Assembly: GCA_903847095.1 (NCBI GenBank)
Contig: CAINCQ010000041.1
Span: 72,292 to 136,291 of the forward strand
Direction: 5' to 3'
DNA: 64,000 bases
Source: an uncultured bacterium
GTDB lineage: Bacteria; Patescibacteriota; Minisyncoccia; Minisyncoccales; UBA5738
The position numbers and the translations under genes were made by a program. The notes beneath the pieces are model-generated. The model ran no database searches. It saw nothing but the letters and a program-made list of their open reading frames with translations, and was not told where the DNA came from. Shown one piece after another: positions 1-9,727 of the stretch. Position 1 is the stretch's first letter; each line of letters begins with the position of its first letter.

Positions 1-32
1 TGATGTTTAAGCCTCTTTTTTTTGTTCCGGAT

Positions 33-719
33 TTAAGCCTGTTGGTTGACCGTTTCGATTTTTTCGATCAACCCGTCTTTCAGCCAGATGACGCGGTTGA
101 CGTACCTCATGTCGTCGGGTTCGTGGGTGACCATGATGACCGTTTGCTTCAGTTCGCGATTCAGCTTTTGAAACAGCTCGAGTACGATTCTGGCCGAGGT
201 CATATCCAGATTAGCGGTCGGTTCATCGGCAAAAAGTATCTTCGGAGCGTTGATCAGCGAGCGCGCAATGGCTACGCGCTGTTGTTCGCCGCCGGATAAT
301 TCCACCGGATAATGAGTTATGCGATCGCCCAAACCAACAAGATCAAGCAGTTCGGAGGCCCGCTTTTTATAAATTTTTGCGGCTGTTCCCTTTGACATTG
401 CCGGTAAATAAACATTCTCCAAGGCCGTCAGTTCGATGATCAAAGCGTATTCCTGGAAAACGTAGCCCAAATCGTTCAACCGGTAGGTTGTTTTGTCGTG
501 GTCCGAAAGGCGCAGAACGTCGGTTCCGTCGATCAAGACGGAGCCCGAGGTTGGCGTATCGATAAGGCTGAGCTGGTGCAGCAGCGTGGACTTGCCCGAA
601 CCGCTTCGTCCCATGATCGCGACGATCTCGCCGTCGTTAATATCGAAAGAGACGCCTTTTAAAGCGGGTGTCGGCACTTTGCCGGGGTAGGTTTTTACAA
701 GATCGGTAACATGGATCAT
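33..719 (-). CDS. ABC transporter ATP-binding protein (LolD/MacB family)
   Basis: Walker A GRSGSGKST, signature LSGGEQQRVAIAR, Walker B ILFADEPT, H-loop VTHE. Confidence 0.95.
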   Translation of the reverse strand: MIHVTDLVKTYPGKVPTPALKGVSFDINDGEIVAIMGRSGSGKSTLLHQLSLIDTPTSGSVLIDGTDVLRLSDHDKTTYRLNDLGYVFQEYALIIELTALENVYLPAMSKGTAAKIYKKRASELLDLVGLGDRITHYPVELSGGEQQRVAIARSLINAPKILFADEPTANLDMTSARIVLELFQKLNRELKQTVIMVTHEPDDMRYVNRVIWLKDGLIEKIETVNQQA

Positions 720-757
720 AAAAAATCTTAAATCTTAAAACATAAATTCAGGGCAAT

Positions 758-1987
758 TTATCCCCAGATCGCCTTGAGAATGTCCTGCCGGGCAACCAGG
801 TTGGATGGAATTCTTCCCGCGAAGAATCCGGCGACCAAAAAACTGATTATACCCAATATAACCGGCATCGGGGTATAGACCAAAGTCAAATTCATTAACC
901 CGACAACGACCGGAACGGGATACGCTATCAGCAGTGGTTGCAAAACCCCGAAAACCAGGAACAATCCGGTGAAAACGCCGCAGACGGTGTAAAAAAACGA
1001 TTGAAGGATATAGGCGTTGACGATGATGCTTTTTTTTATCCCGATTGCCTTCAGGATGCCGATCTGACGGCGCTTGTTGATGGCATTCACGTAGATTAAA
1101 ACAAAAATCGTGATAGCAGCAACGATCACGCTGATCGCTCCGACGATCAGTTGTATGAAATTCAACGCTTTCAAAAAAGAGGCGAACGACCCGAGCAAAT
1201 CGTTATAATTTTGAATATGAAGATTGGGAGCCATCGCTACGATCTTCGATTCGTAAACCGCAACAGGTACGCGGTCGATATTCGCTTTTACCAAGATATG
1301 CGAGGCGCTGTCATGGACCGACAGTATTGATTCGGCTTCATTCGACGTGATGAATGTTTCGGCAATTCCCATAATGTCGTTATAAATTCCTTTGACATTG
1401 TAAGTGCGGATGCTGCCGTTCGCGAACGTGATGCGTATTTTGTCCCCGACTTTGACTCCGCCAAGATCGCTTCCCTGGCGCGCTATCGCTCCGTACCCGC
1501 CGGCCAGAGACGAACTTAGCAGGATCTGATCGGTATCTCCGAGAGCCAGATTGCTTCCCCGGATCAGCAACTGATTGAGCGTCAACACCTTCCATTCGCT
1601 TTCGGGATCGATGCCGATAATGGCGCCGGAAACGATCTTGAACTGTCCGGTTTTATCCTTGTCGAAAGACAGGGAGCCGGCCATATTGTAATGCCTTGCC
1701 GTGGCGATTATTCCAGGCAAAGTCTCTATCTGGGCGCGCAATTGCGCTTGGTTGGGAATGTATTGTTTCAACTGGGGAGTTTGCTGGGGCGCGATATTGA
1801 TATCGGCGCTCAAATAATTTCTCAAGGCGTGCATCTGGCTGTCGGTAATGCCGACGAGCACGCCCGAAATAAACATCATGTCGAGGAAAGACAGAGCCAA
1901 AATAAAAATCATTAGGGCAAGCATTGATTTGCTTCCCCGGCTGATAGATTTTCGTGCGATAAAAAATGAAGTTGCGAAGTCGCTCAT
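758..1987 (-). CDS. ABC transporter permease (FtsX/MacB-like)
   Basis: N-terminal TM helix, large extracellular domain, RRQIGILKAIG motif and three C-terminal TM helices; co-oriented with the ATPase. Confidence 0.9.
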   Translation of the reverse strand: MSDFATSFFIARKSISRGSKSMLALMIFILALSFLDMMFISGVLVGITDSQMHALRNYLSADINIAPQQTPQLKQYIPNQAQLRAQIETLPGIIATARHYNMAGSLSFDKDKTGQFKIVSGAIIGIDPESEWKVLTLNQLLIRGSNLALGDTDQILLSSSLAGGYGAIARQGSDLGGVKVGDKIRITFANGSIRTYNVKGIYNDIMGIAETFITSNEAESILSVHDSASHILVKANIDRVPVAVYESKIVAMAPNLHIQNYNDLLGSFASFLKALNFIQLIVGAISVIVAAITIFVLIYVNAINKRRQIGILKAIGIKKSIIVNAYILQSFFYTVCGVFTGLFLVFGVLQPLLIAYPVPVVVGLMNLTLVYTPMPVILGIISFLVAGFFAGRIPSNLVARQDILKAIWG

Positions 1988-1998
1988 AATCCGATTTT

Positions 1999-3597
1999 TT
2001 ACTGGGTTCCCAGTATCACTTTATCTCCCTCGGTCAGGCCCGAAACAATTTCAATCATGCCGTCGCCGCTTTCGACGCCGGTTTCGACGTTTTTATTGAT
2101 AACATTCTGGGCCTCCAAAACCTGAACAAATTGCGCGCCGCCCGAGGACTGGATGGCGCTGACAGGAACCGTAAGGGCGTTGTCGTGCACCGCGGTTTCG
2201 ATCATCGCGTTGGCGGACATATCGGGCCGGATGAGCGGATTAACTTCGTCAAGCATCACTGTGGTTTGGTAATACACCGCTCCGGAAATTATCGTGCCCG
2301 ATGGTTCTATACTTACGACTTTTCCGGTCAATGGCTGGTTGCCGAGTGCGTCGAGCGTAACAATAACCTTTTGTCCGGCTTTTACTCCGGTTATGGTATC
2401 TTCGGAGACGTTTAACTTGACTTCAAGCGTGCTTTCCGGGATCAGAGAAATAACCGTTGACCCGGGATTTAAGATCTCGCCCGGATTGCCGTTGGTTTTA
2501 GCGACGATTCCCCGGGCCGGCGCAACGATCGACAGATCCTGGATTTCTTGCTCGACCTGCGTTTCGGCCGCCCGGGCCTGGTTGATGCGGGCGATATATA
2601 CTGCGGCATCCGATTGGCGGGCGGGGGCGGCTTGAGCGGCCAGCTGATCCTGTGCGGATTTCAGAGTGCCTTCGGCCGCCTGAACTTTCGCGTCGGCCCC
2701 GGCCAGCGAGCCCTCGGCCCCGGTGATGTTTTCGAGAGCCGCGTTAAGGTTGGTTCTGGCGGTCAGAATGTCCGTTCGATAGTTTTGGTAAACCGCGTCG
2801 TCGGTGATACTTGTCGAATTATAACCGTTCACCACTTCCGCCAAGCTGTTAATCATTTTTTGGATTATTTGCAGGTTTCGGCTGGCGGTGTTCAACGACT
2901 CCGACAAATCGCCGAAATTACCATCCGCTTCGGCCTTCCAAGACTTTAGGATATCTTCAATATTTTTTCTTTCCGAGCCGATCGTTATTTTGGTATCGGT
3001 ATCGGCTTCAATTTTGAATTGGAATGTTTGGCTGGAAACGGTGATGCCGAAAGACGGATTCGGCCCGGTTGGGTCATTGAATAGCCTGTCGGCCCGGTTA
3101 TGGACGGCATCGTCGGCTTTCGCGAGAGCGTCTTTTATCGCGTTTACGGCGCTTTGTTTGACGTTGTCATGGGCTTGTCGCGCGCTTGCCAAAGAGGTCT
3201 GAGCATTGGCCGCAGCGGTTTTGTACACATCGATGTCTTCCGCGGATGCGCCGGCGAGCAGTTGGTCCAGTTGCGCTTGCGCCGCTTTGACCCCGGATTG
3301 GGATTGGGCAAGCGCGGAATCGAATCCCTTCATTTCCTGTTTCGCGAGAACCTGATTGGCCTCGACCGTATCGCCGACGCGTACATCCATATCCGCCAGC
3401 TTGCCGCTGGTTTTAAAATACAAATTGATGGTTGCCGGAGGCTCGACCGATCCCGAGGTCGAAACTTCCTGGATTATCGTTCCCTTTTGTACCGGCACGG
3501 TTATATAAGAAGGAGTTTTGGTGATTAAATAATAATAAATCCCAAAACCGATTGCGGCTAAGAGGATTATTATTAAAAATTTGATTTTTTTGTTCAT
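1999..3597 (-). CDS. Efflux adaptor / membrane fusion protein (MacA/HlyD-like)
   Basis: N-terminal anchor, lipoyl halves (GKLADMDVRVGDTV, IVAPARGIV), long coiled coil, C-terminal VETG...IEIVSGLTEGDKV. Confidence 0.9.
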   Translation of the reverse strand: MNKKIKFLIIILLAAIGFGIYYYLITKTPSYITVPVQKGTIIQEVSTSGSVEPPATINLYFKTSGKLADMDVRVGDTVEANQVLAKQEMKGFDSALAQSQSGVKAAQAQLDQLLAGASAEDIDVYKTAAANAQTSLASARQAHDNVKQSAVNAIKDALAKADDAVHNRADRLFNDPTGPNPSFGITVSSQTFQFKIEADTDTKITIGSERKNIEDILKSWKAEADGNFGDLSESLNTASRNLQIIQKMINSLAEVVNGYNSTSITDDAVYQNYRTDILTARTNLNAALENITGAEGSLAGADAKVQAAEGTLKSAQDQLAAQAAPARQSDAAVYIARINQARAAETQVEQEIQDLSIVAPARGIVAKTNGNPGEILNPGSTVISLIPESTLEVKLNVSEDTITGVKAGQKVIVTLDALGNQPLTGKVVSIEPSGTIISGAVYYQTTVMLDEVNPLIRPDMSANAMIETAVHDNALTVPVSAIQSSGGAQFVQVLEAQNVINKNVETGVESGDGMIEIVSGLTEGDKVILGTQ

Positions 3598-3730
3598 TGG
3601 TTGTTCAGGTTAAAAAAAATGAATCATTGTTATATGATATCATTTAATTGTTTTCTAAGCACTCGATCACTTATCGGTCAAATACATCAAAGGATCGAAA
3701 AGGGCGGGCCGCTGGGATCGATCCGGAATT

Positions 3731-4366
3731 TCACCGATCGATAATACCGGCCAATTTGGATAAAGAGCTTATGTGATAGCTCGCCTTACTCCATTTTTCA
3801 ACGCCCGGACGCAAGGTTTGGACGGTAGTTATGCCCATGGACTTCGCTATCCCAAGCTCCGACTTTGGATTGTCGCCGACAACCAACACCTCGGCTTTAT
3901 CCCAATTGTTCGATTCCAAAATTTCCTCGAATATTTTTTTCTTACCCTTCCGTGTTTCCGGGTTTTCCATCTCATCAATAATAATTTCGTCGAAAAGCGG
4001 TGCCATTCCGGTTTTGTCGATTTTTGACTGCTGGAACTTTCTATAGCCGGTCGTTACCAAGTATTTTGTCACTGGCAGCTTTTTGATGTAAAACTCGTCT
4101 CCGTAGGTTTTTAACACCATATTTTCCGGAATTGTAATCTGCTGGTAAGCCATTCTCATCGCTTTGGCAATGCCCGGAGGAAGATTAAATTGCACGACAA
4201 GATCTTCAAATCCCGTATACCAAATTGCGCTATTAAATGCGCGTTTAGTTTTTTCCGGCAGGTTGGAGGCGAGCAAGGGGGCAAGTATCGTAATTAAAAT
4301 ATCATTACCCAAAGAACGGGTATCGAGAATTGAATTATCCAAATCGAAAATTATTCCTTTAATCAT
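3731..4366 (-). CDS. HAD-superfamily hydrolase
   Basis: Motif I IIFDLDNSILD and motif IV VVGDNPKSELG. Confidence 0.9.
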   Translation of the reverse strand: MIKGIIFDLDNSILDTRSLGNDILITILAPLLASNLPEKTKRAFNSAIWYTGFEDLVVQFNLPPGIAKAMRMAYQQITIPENMVLKTYGDEFYIKKLPVTKYLVTTGYRKFQQSKIDKTGMAPLFDEIIIDEMENPETRKGKKKIFEEILESNNWDKAEVLVVGDNPKSELGIAKSMGITTVQTLRPGVEKWSKASYHISSLSKLAGIIDR

Positions 4367-4377
4367 GTTTGTTTGTT

Positions 4378-4401
4378 CGCTACTTCGTAGCTTTAGCGAG
4401 G
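4378..4401. repeat. Short REP-like palindromic element
   Basis: cGCTACttcGTAGCtttagcgagg: small hairpin between two co-oriented genes. Confidence 0.35.
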
Positions 4402-4436
4402 CGCAAAGCGACAGCGGATTGAATTTAGCCTAGCTT

Positions 4437-4997
4437 TTAAAGAAGTTTTACGATATCTGCGGCGATATCGGAAAAATTCATGTTTGAAGTATCATAAATT
4501 TTACAATTAAGCGAGCTATTTTGCGTCAGCTTAAGCAAAAAACGTTGTTGATCGATATAATAATTATTGACTTCCGACTCGCTTCCCTTTTTGTCCGCGT
4601 AATCGTTCCAATCTTTATCTCTATGTTTTCGGGCCAAATTTATCCGTTCCGGAATTTTGGCTTCGTAGATTTTTAGAAGAATTAATATCGCGTTTGTTCT
4701 GATCGAATTTTCTATTTCGAAAAAGTCTTCTATTGCGCAATTTGTCCGGAATATATGCGTAAAAAATAATCGGTCGAAAATTATAAAGTCCTGCTCCTTA
4801 TCCCCGGCTTTTTTCAGGATTGGCTTTAAAAAATCGATACTTTTTCGCTTGTCCTTATTATCCAATAACGGCAGCAAAGTCTCAACTTCCGAGATAACGG
4901 AAAAGCTGGCTTTTTGTTTGGCTAAAGTTTTCGATAGTTCCTTGATTACGGATGTTTTGCCGCTGGTCGCGATTCCTTCCAAGATGATAATTTTCAT
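4437..4997 (-). CDS. P-loop nucleotide kinase-like protein (thymidylate/deoxynucleoside kinase fold)
   Basis: MKIIILEGIATSGKTS Walker A and IIFDR motif; start placed at ATG 4997. Confidence 0.75.
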   Translation of the reverse strand: MKIIILEGIATSGKTSVIKELSKTLAKQKASFSVISEVETLLPLLDNKDKRKSIDFLKPILKKAGDKEQDFIIFDRLFFTHIFRTNCAIEDFFEIENSIRTNAILILLKIYEAKIPERINLARKHRDKDWNDYADKKGSESEVNNYYIDQQRFLLKLTQNSSLNCKIYDTSNMNFSDIAADIVKLL

Positions 4998-5064
4998 AAT
5001 TAAGAATGATTGTCCGATGAAATCGGTCTTTTTATCCGGCGACACCAAAGAGCCAAGCGTAAAA

Positions 5065-6259
5065 TTATTCCGCTTGCGCGAGGGCGCCGACTTTATAAGT
5101 TAATTTCAAAAACGCGGCTGAAGTGATCACGACAACGATGGAAACAAGAATCATTCCAATACCGATCGAAAACATGTCGGAAATTCCGCTTACGATCACC
5201 AGAAGAATAGCATTAAAAACCAGATGTATCTGGCTTTGGATGCTCAAAGCGGTAGCGCGATGCGTCGAGGGAACGATTCTGTTTATAAGATTGCCGATAA
5301 ATACATCTTGGGAACTAAGAGTCAATGAAGATATGATAATGGCGGTAATGACCAAAAATTGCGAGTTGGTCGTAAAAGAAAGAGCCGCAATCAAAGCTAT
5401 GAAAAGATACAAGAATATGATTTTTTGCCAGTCCATGTATTTGCGGATTTTGGGATAAAGGACCAATCCCAAAATACTAAAAGAGCTGGACAGAAAATAA
5501 ACAAACCCGAAGTATGCCACCGGTATTTCCGCCAATTTCATAACCGGTTGAAAGTAGTCGAACAAAAGTTCGTAAATTCCCGCCATCAGGGAAAAAACGA
5601 TTATCGCGTACCAAGTGACCTTATGTCTTAAGAGAAATCCCAGTCCTTCCCTGATCTGACGGAAAGATTTGCTGAGGCTTTTTTCCCTGGGAGGTTCTTT
5701 AAGGGAAAATATCAGCGCAAGGCATATTACGCTTGCGATCGTCGAGAGTAAAAACACCATTCTTGGGTTTATGGAATAGACATAGGCACCAATAACAGAG
5801 GCCATGAGTCGGCCCGTAAAAAAATATTTTTTGACCTTGGACTGCGTTTTCTCGTATTGTTCTTCTTTTCCCGCCGTTAGCAAAGTATCATAGATGAAAG
5901 CGCTGAATATTCCCATCGAAAGCGCGGTTCCTATGCCATTCAAACAAAAAGCGATAAAAAACATCACAAAAGAATGGGTAAACAAATATATAGCGTTCAT
6001 GGACAAAAAAGCGATCCAGCTTAAAATAAGCATGGATTTGCGGGAATATTTATCCGCCCAAAGGCTCGAAGGGATATCGAAGAAAAAGGGCATGATCGAT
6101 GAGCCGGCCAGGATTAGTCCGACTTGGGTCAGATTCATTCCGCTGGCCAAAAGAAAAATAACAAAAACAGGCCCGGGAAACCACATCCCGTCGAAAAAAT
6201 TCATCAAGCAGATCTTTTTTAATGTTTCCCTTCAGATTTTTTTGTATCACTTCGTCCAT
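5065..6259 (-). pseudogene. MFS transporter with an apparent +1 frameshift near the N-terminus
   Basis: Motif A-like WADKYSRK and about 12 hydrophobic segments in 5065-6207. The natural N-terminus MDEVIQKNLKGNIKK (ATG 6259) is in another frame and joins if one A is removed from the A6 run at 6215-6220. Confidence 0.7.
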
Positions 6260-6386
6260 ATTATACCAGATAAAATATTATTAGGGCCTATAAGCCTTTT
6301 TTTGACGAAACAGCAAATTATCGATTGCTTGAGACAACGATGAACCGCGTAATTAAAAGCAAAAGCGGGCAATAGTTGAGCGCCCG

Positions 6387-6710
6387 CTATTCGATCTCGA
6401 AGAAATTAAGACTATCGCGATTTTCTTCAATCACCTTTTCGACAAGAGCTTCCTCGCTCTTGGTGAGGGTGATTGAATAATTGGACCTCGCGATAAATGG
6501 CATCCACCCGCTCTCCAGAGTTAAGCCGTCGGGCACGATCTCGTAAGATAAGTGGCTTGTTTCGCCAAATGTATATGTCCGGATCATCACCCTCCAAACT
6601 TCTCCAAGCTCTCTTCTTTTTCTTATTTCCAATACCAAGTTTTTAAGGGCTCTTCCTAGGATTTCGCCCTCTACAACCTTTTCAGCTATCAGACATCTTA
6701 CCCATAACAT
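6387..6710 (-). CDS. Hypothetical protein
   Basis: 107 aa ORF with its own TTGACA/TATTAT-like promoter and a downstream hairpin. Confidence 0.6.
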   Translation of the reverse strand: MLWVRCLIAEKVVEGEILGRALKNLVLEIRKRRELGEVWRVMIRTYTFGETSHLSYEIVPDGLTLESGWMPFIARSNYSITLTKSEEALVEKVIEENRDSLNFFEIE

Positions 6711-6984
6711 AGCACCGGCACCCTTCGGTTATAATAGCACGAATATTTCAGCTGTCAAGATATGGCTAATGTCCACATACCCTTAAAACAACACAATGCA
6801 TTACGACTTAACCGTTAATCAAACTCCCAAACTGTTTATACCGATTAAACATCCATGATTTTTTAATAAACCTTAAGAAAACCGTCAAGTGCGAAAAGAA
6901 ACGTTCAGGAAAAGATTACACTTTCCGCCTTTAATCTTTTTATCCGCTTCCCTGTTTTTTCAAACAAAAAACATGATGTTTCCA

Positions 6985-7665
6985 TCATGTTAAATCTTTT
7001 ATGGCGGCTTCGGCTTCGGCAATGCAGCTTAACACCGAGGCGGTGCCGCCCAATTGGGTATTTTGGTAGATATTACGCGCTATTTGCATATGTTTAAGCG
7101 CGTTATCCTTATCGAGCAAGCCCTCATAGGCCAAGCCAAGGTACCAATGCGCGGCTCCCTGGACTTTCAAGTTTCCGGTTTTTTTTGCGAGGTCAATGGC
7201 CGCTTCCGCGGGTGATATCGCCTCTTGAAATTTCTGCTCTTGGACGAGCATCGCGGCCTGCGCAGCCGGCAAATCGCAATTGCTCTCGTTTAAGCTGATG
7301 GCTTTGGCGATGAGCCGGAAAGCTTCTTCTTTGCGGGAAAGGCCGTACAGAATATGCATATACAAAGAAAGCGAAAAGTAATAATTGCCTTCTAAAACCT
7401 GCTCGCTCTCCGCTCCCAGCCGCACGGCGTTTTCCGCTTCGGTAAGTGCCAGTTCCAGCATTTCCGTATCGTTTCCCGACAACCCTCCGCCAAGGTAAAA
7501 GGCCGCCGCCGCCGCTAATCGGTGGATAATTTCCCAGTCTTTTTTAAGAAACCGGCAATTTCCCGCCGCCTGCGCGATTTCTAGCGCTTTTGCGTATTCG
7601 CCGGCCCTGACCGCTTCTTCAATCGCCTGTGGCGATTTTTCTCTCAACGTTTTGATTTCCGCCAA
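6985..7665 (-). CDS. Tetratricopeptide-repeat protein
   Basis: Ala-rich helical repeats (GAAHWYLGLAYEGL..KDNALKHM); AAGGAGG Shine-Dalgarno 7 nt before TTG at 7665. Confidence 0.75.
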   Translation of the reverse strand: MAEIKTLREKSPQAIEEAVRAGEYAKALEIAQAAGNCRFLKKDWEIIHRLAAAAAFYLGGGLSGNDTEMLELALTEAENAVRLGAESEQVLEGNYYFSLSLYMHILYGLSRKEEAFRLIAKAISLNESNCDLPAAQAAMLVQEQKFQEAISPAEAAIDLAKKTGNLKVQGAAHWYLGLAYEGLLDKDNALKHMQIARNIYQNTQLGGTASVLSCIAEAEAAIKDLT

Positions 7666-7860
7666 ACTTATAACCTCCTTTCGCGGTAACAATACCACAA
7701 AAAACGAAAAGTGCAAGCCGCTATGCGCCCGATTGCAGGCCCGGGTTAATCGCATCACCGGAAATACCGAGGTCCGTATTAAAGACGGCCAGAGAAAAGG
7801 TTTTCATTATTTTTTTCTCACGAAGATAAATTATGGTTACAAGGCGACGTCTCTTCAAAT

Positions 7861-8805
7861 TTATATCGTGTCCAGCGGCTTAATCACGCGCTCAAGCCAA
7901 AATTCGCTAAAACGTTCTCCATCGACGCGAGTCGCGACTTTGAAGATTTTTCCCGAATTATCGATCCGTTCAGAGAGAGCGCCGTCAGCTTCATCCATTA
8001 CTAAAGACAGTTTCTCGATTTTTACCCCATCCCAACCTAAAGCAACGGCAACGGCCAGCGGATCATATTGGAAATTAATAATATCTTTTGGTACGTTTCT
8101 ACAGTCTTTGTATTTTTCCGCGAAATTTTGGTCTTTCGCGAATTCTTCGGCTTGTTTTGCCAGGAGTTGTCCCAGGGGTCCGGAATTTCTAAGAGGCTCA
8201 AGGTGCGCTTGCCGTAAAAAAGTTTCACCCGTGATTGAAAGTTGAACCAATGTGATATTGGCAATCGCCAGAACGTGTTTTGCCGATCTCACGTCAATTT
8301 GTTTATTGAAATCCCCCTCGTTTTTCCAGTTGGGAAAACCCGGGCGCGCCGGATGAACATAACCGCCCATAAAAAATATCTCCGTCTGTTCGAGTATTCC
8401 GGGATACTTCATATCAAGCAGGAAAAGGTTTGTGAGCGGGCCGATGGCGACTATGATCGCGCCTTGCTCAATGCTTTGTTTTAAAAGCTCGAGCGCTTCG
8501 TCGAGTGGATTTATCAGCGCCGTTATCGGTTCGGGCCAATACCGTTCTTCGGATGGCAGGCCAAGATGAATAGGATAAAAACCGGAGGCATTATCGGCGC
8601 CGGCCTTAACCGGTAAACCGGTCCGCCCGGAAATTTTTAGGGTATATAGGACCTGGCCCGCTCTTATGCCGCCATTTTCCGCGACCGTTGTGATGCCGGT
8701 AATTTCGACTTCTGGCGATTTTAACAAAAACGCCAAAGCGCAGATATCATCAATATCTCCGCCAAAATCAGTATCGAGATGAATTTTTTTGGATTTTGGA
8801 TTCAT
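7861..8805 (-). CDS. Inosine/uridine-preferring nucleoside hydrolase family
   Basis: N-terminal DTDFGGDIDD Ca-binding motif, IGPLTN, FMGG, DPLAV. Confidence 0.9.
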   Translation of the reverse strand: MNPKSKKIHLDTDFGGDIDDICALAFLLKSPEVEITGITTVAENGGIRAGQVLYTLKISGRTGLPVKAGADNASGFYPIHLGLPSEERYWPEPITALINPLDEALELLKQSIEQGAIIVAIGPLTNLFLLDMKYPGILEQTEIFFMGGYVHPARPGFPNWKNEGDFNKQIDVRSAKHVLAIANITLVQLSITGETFLRQAHLEPLRNSGPLGQLLAKQAEEFAKDQNFAEKYKDCRNVPKDIINFQYDPLAVAVALGWDGVKIEKLSLVMDEADGALSERIDNSGKIFKVATRVDGERFSEFWLERVIKPLDTI

Positions 8806-8818
8806 TTAAATATGCTCT

Positions 8819-9727
8819 TTACTTTTTGTTTCCGTAGAATTTAACCAGTGCCTTGATGCCGGCTAAATTCTGTTCCCACTCGATGGTTTTATGGGTTTTA
8901 AGCTCCACGCTGAATGCCGGTATGTCAATGGAGGCAAGCCAGTCGGTGGCATCGCCCGAGACCTCATATTGGTCAAAAGTAGTAAGCGCCGGGTATCCCG
9001 ACGCACCCGAATAAGCGTTCATTATAGCCAAGGTTTCCGGAAGCATATCGCCGCCGCACTGCGAGCCATAGATGGCGTTAGCCTGGCTGTGCCAGAAAAT
9101 AACGGCGGCTGGTTTAGTTTCCAAAACAAATTGCTTGATCGCCGCGCTTTCGGGTTCGGAGAACGGCGCGGTTCCTCCGCTAACGGTCTTGTTTTGCCAG
9201 ACACCCTCCGGCTTCCAGCCACAGTCAAAATTGCGGTTGAGGTCGACGGAATGGGCATTGAGCCTTCCGGCCACATTGGAACCGGGCGGAATATCGGTCA
9301 CACTAAAACGGCTTTCCTTGCCAGTTATCTTAAAGTCTCCGTCGGGATTCGCGGACGGAATAATCGTGATAGCCAGATTATTGGGAATGAATTCCGGATT
9401 CTGGTTGAGATAATCAATTAAGTCGTACGCCAGGATCACACTGTTCCACTCATAGCCGCCGTGTATGCCGCCGATAAAAACTAGCTGGGTTGGGCCGTTG
9501 CCAAAGGTAAAAGACTCGATTTCGCGGTTTTCCACGGACAGACCCAATACCTTGCGCATCGGACCCGGGACTTTGGTCTCCGCTGGCGTCTGCGTAGGCG
9601 CAGTGGGCTCGTGAGCGGGTTTTGGCACCTCAACCTTCCATACTCTCTGTGAAGCGAAAAACACGAACAAAGCAGCGCCAAGCGCGGCAAGGCAAAAAAA
9701 AGCGATTATGAGTTGCTTGAATTTCAT
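8819..9727 (-). CDS. M14 zinc carboxypeptidase (MpaA-like), membrane-anchored, catalytic residues intact
   Basis: GGIHGGYE, NPDG, R.NA..VDLNRNF, PFSEPES, FWHS, VEL; N-terminal TM. Confidence 0.85.
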   Translation of the reverse strand: MKFKQLIIAFFCLAALGAALFVFFASQRVWKVEVPKPAHEPTAPTQTPAETKVPGPMRKVLGLSVENREIESFTFGNGPTQLVFIGGIHGGYEWNSVILAYDLIDYLNQNPEFIPNNLAITIIPSANPDGDFKITGKESRFSVTDIPPGSNVAGRLNAHSVDLNRNFDCGWKPEGVWQNKTVSGGTAPFSEPESAAIKQFVLETKPAAVIFWHSQANAIYGSQCGGDMLPETLAIMNAYSGASGYPALTTFDQYEVSGDATDWLASIDIPAFSVELKTHKTIEWEQNLAGIKALVKFYGNKK

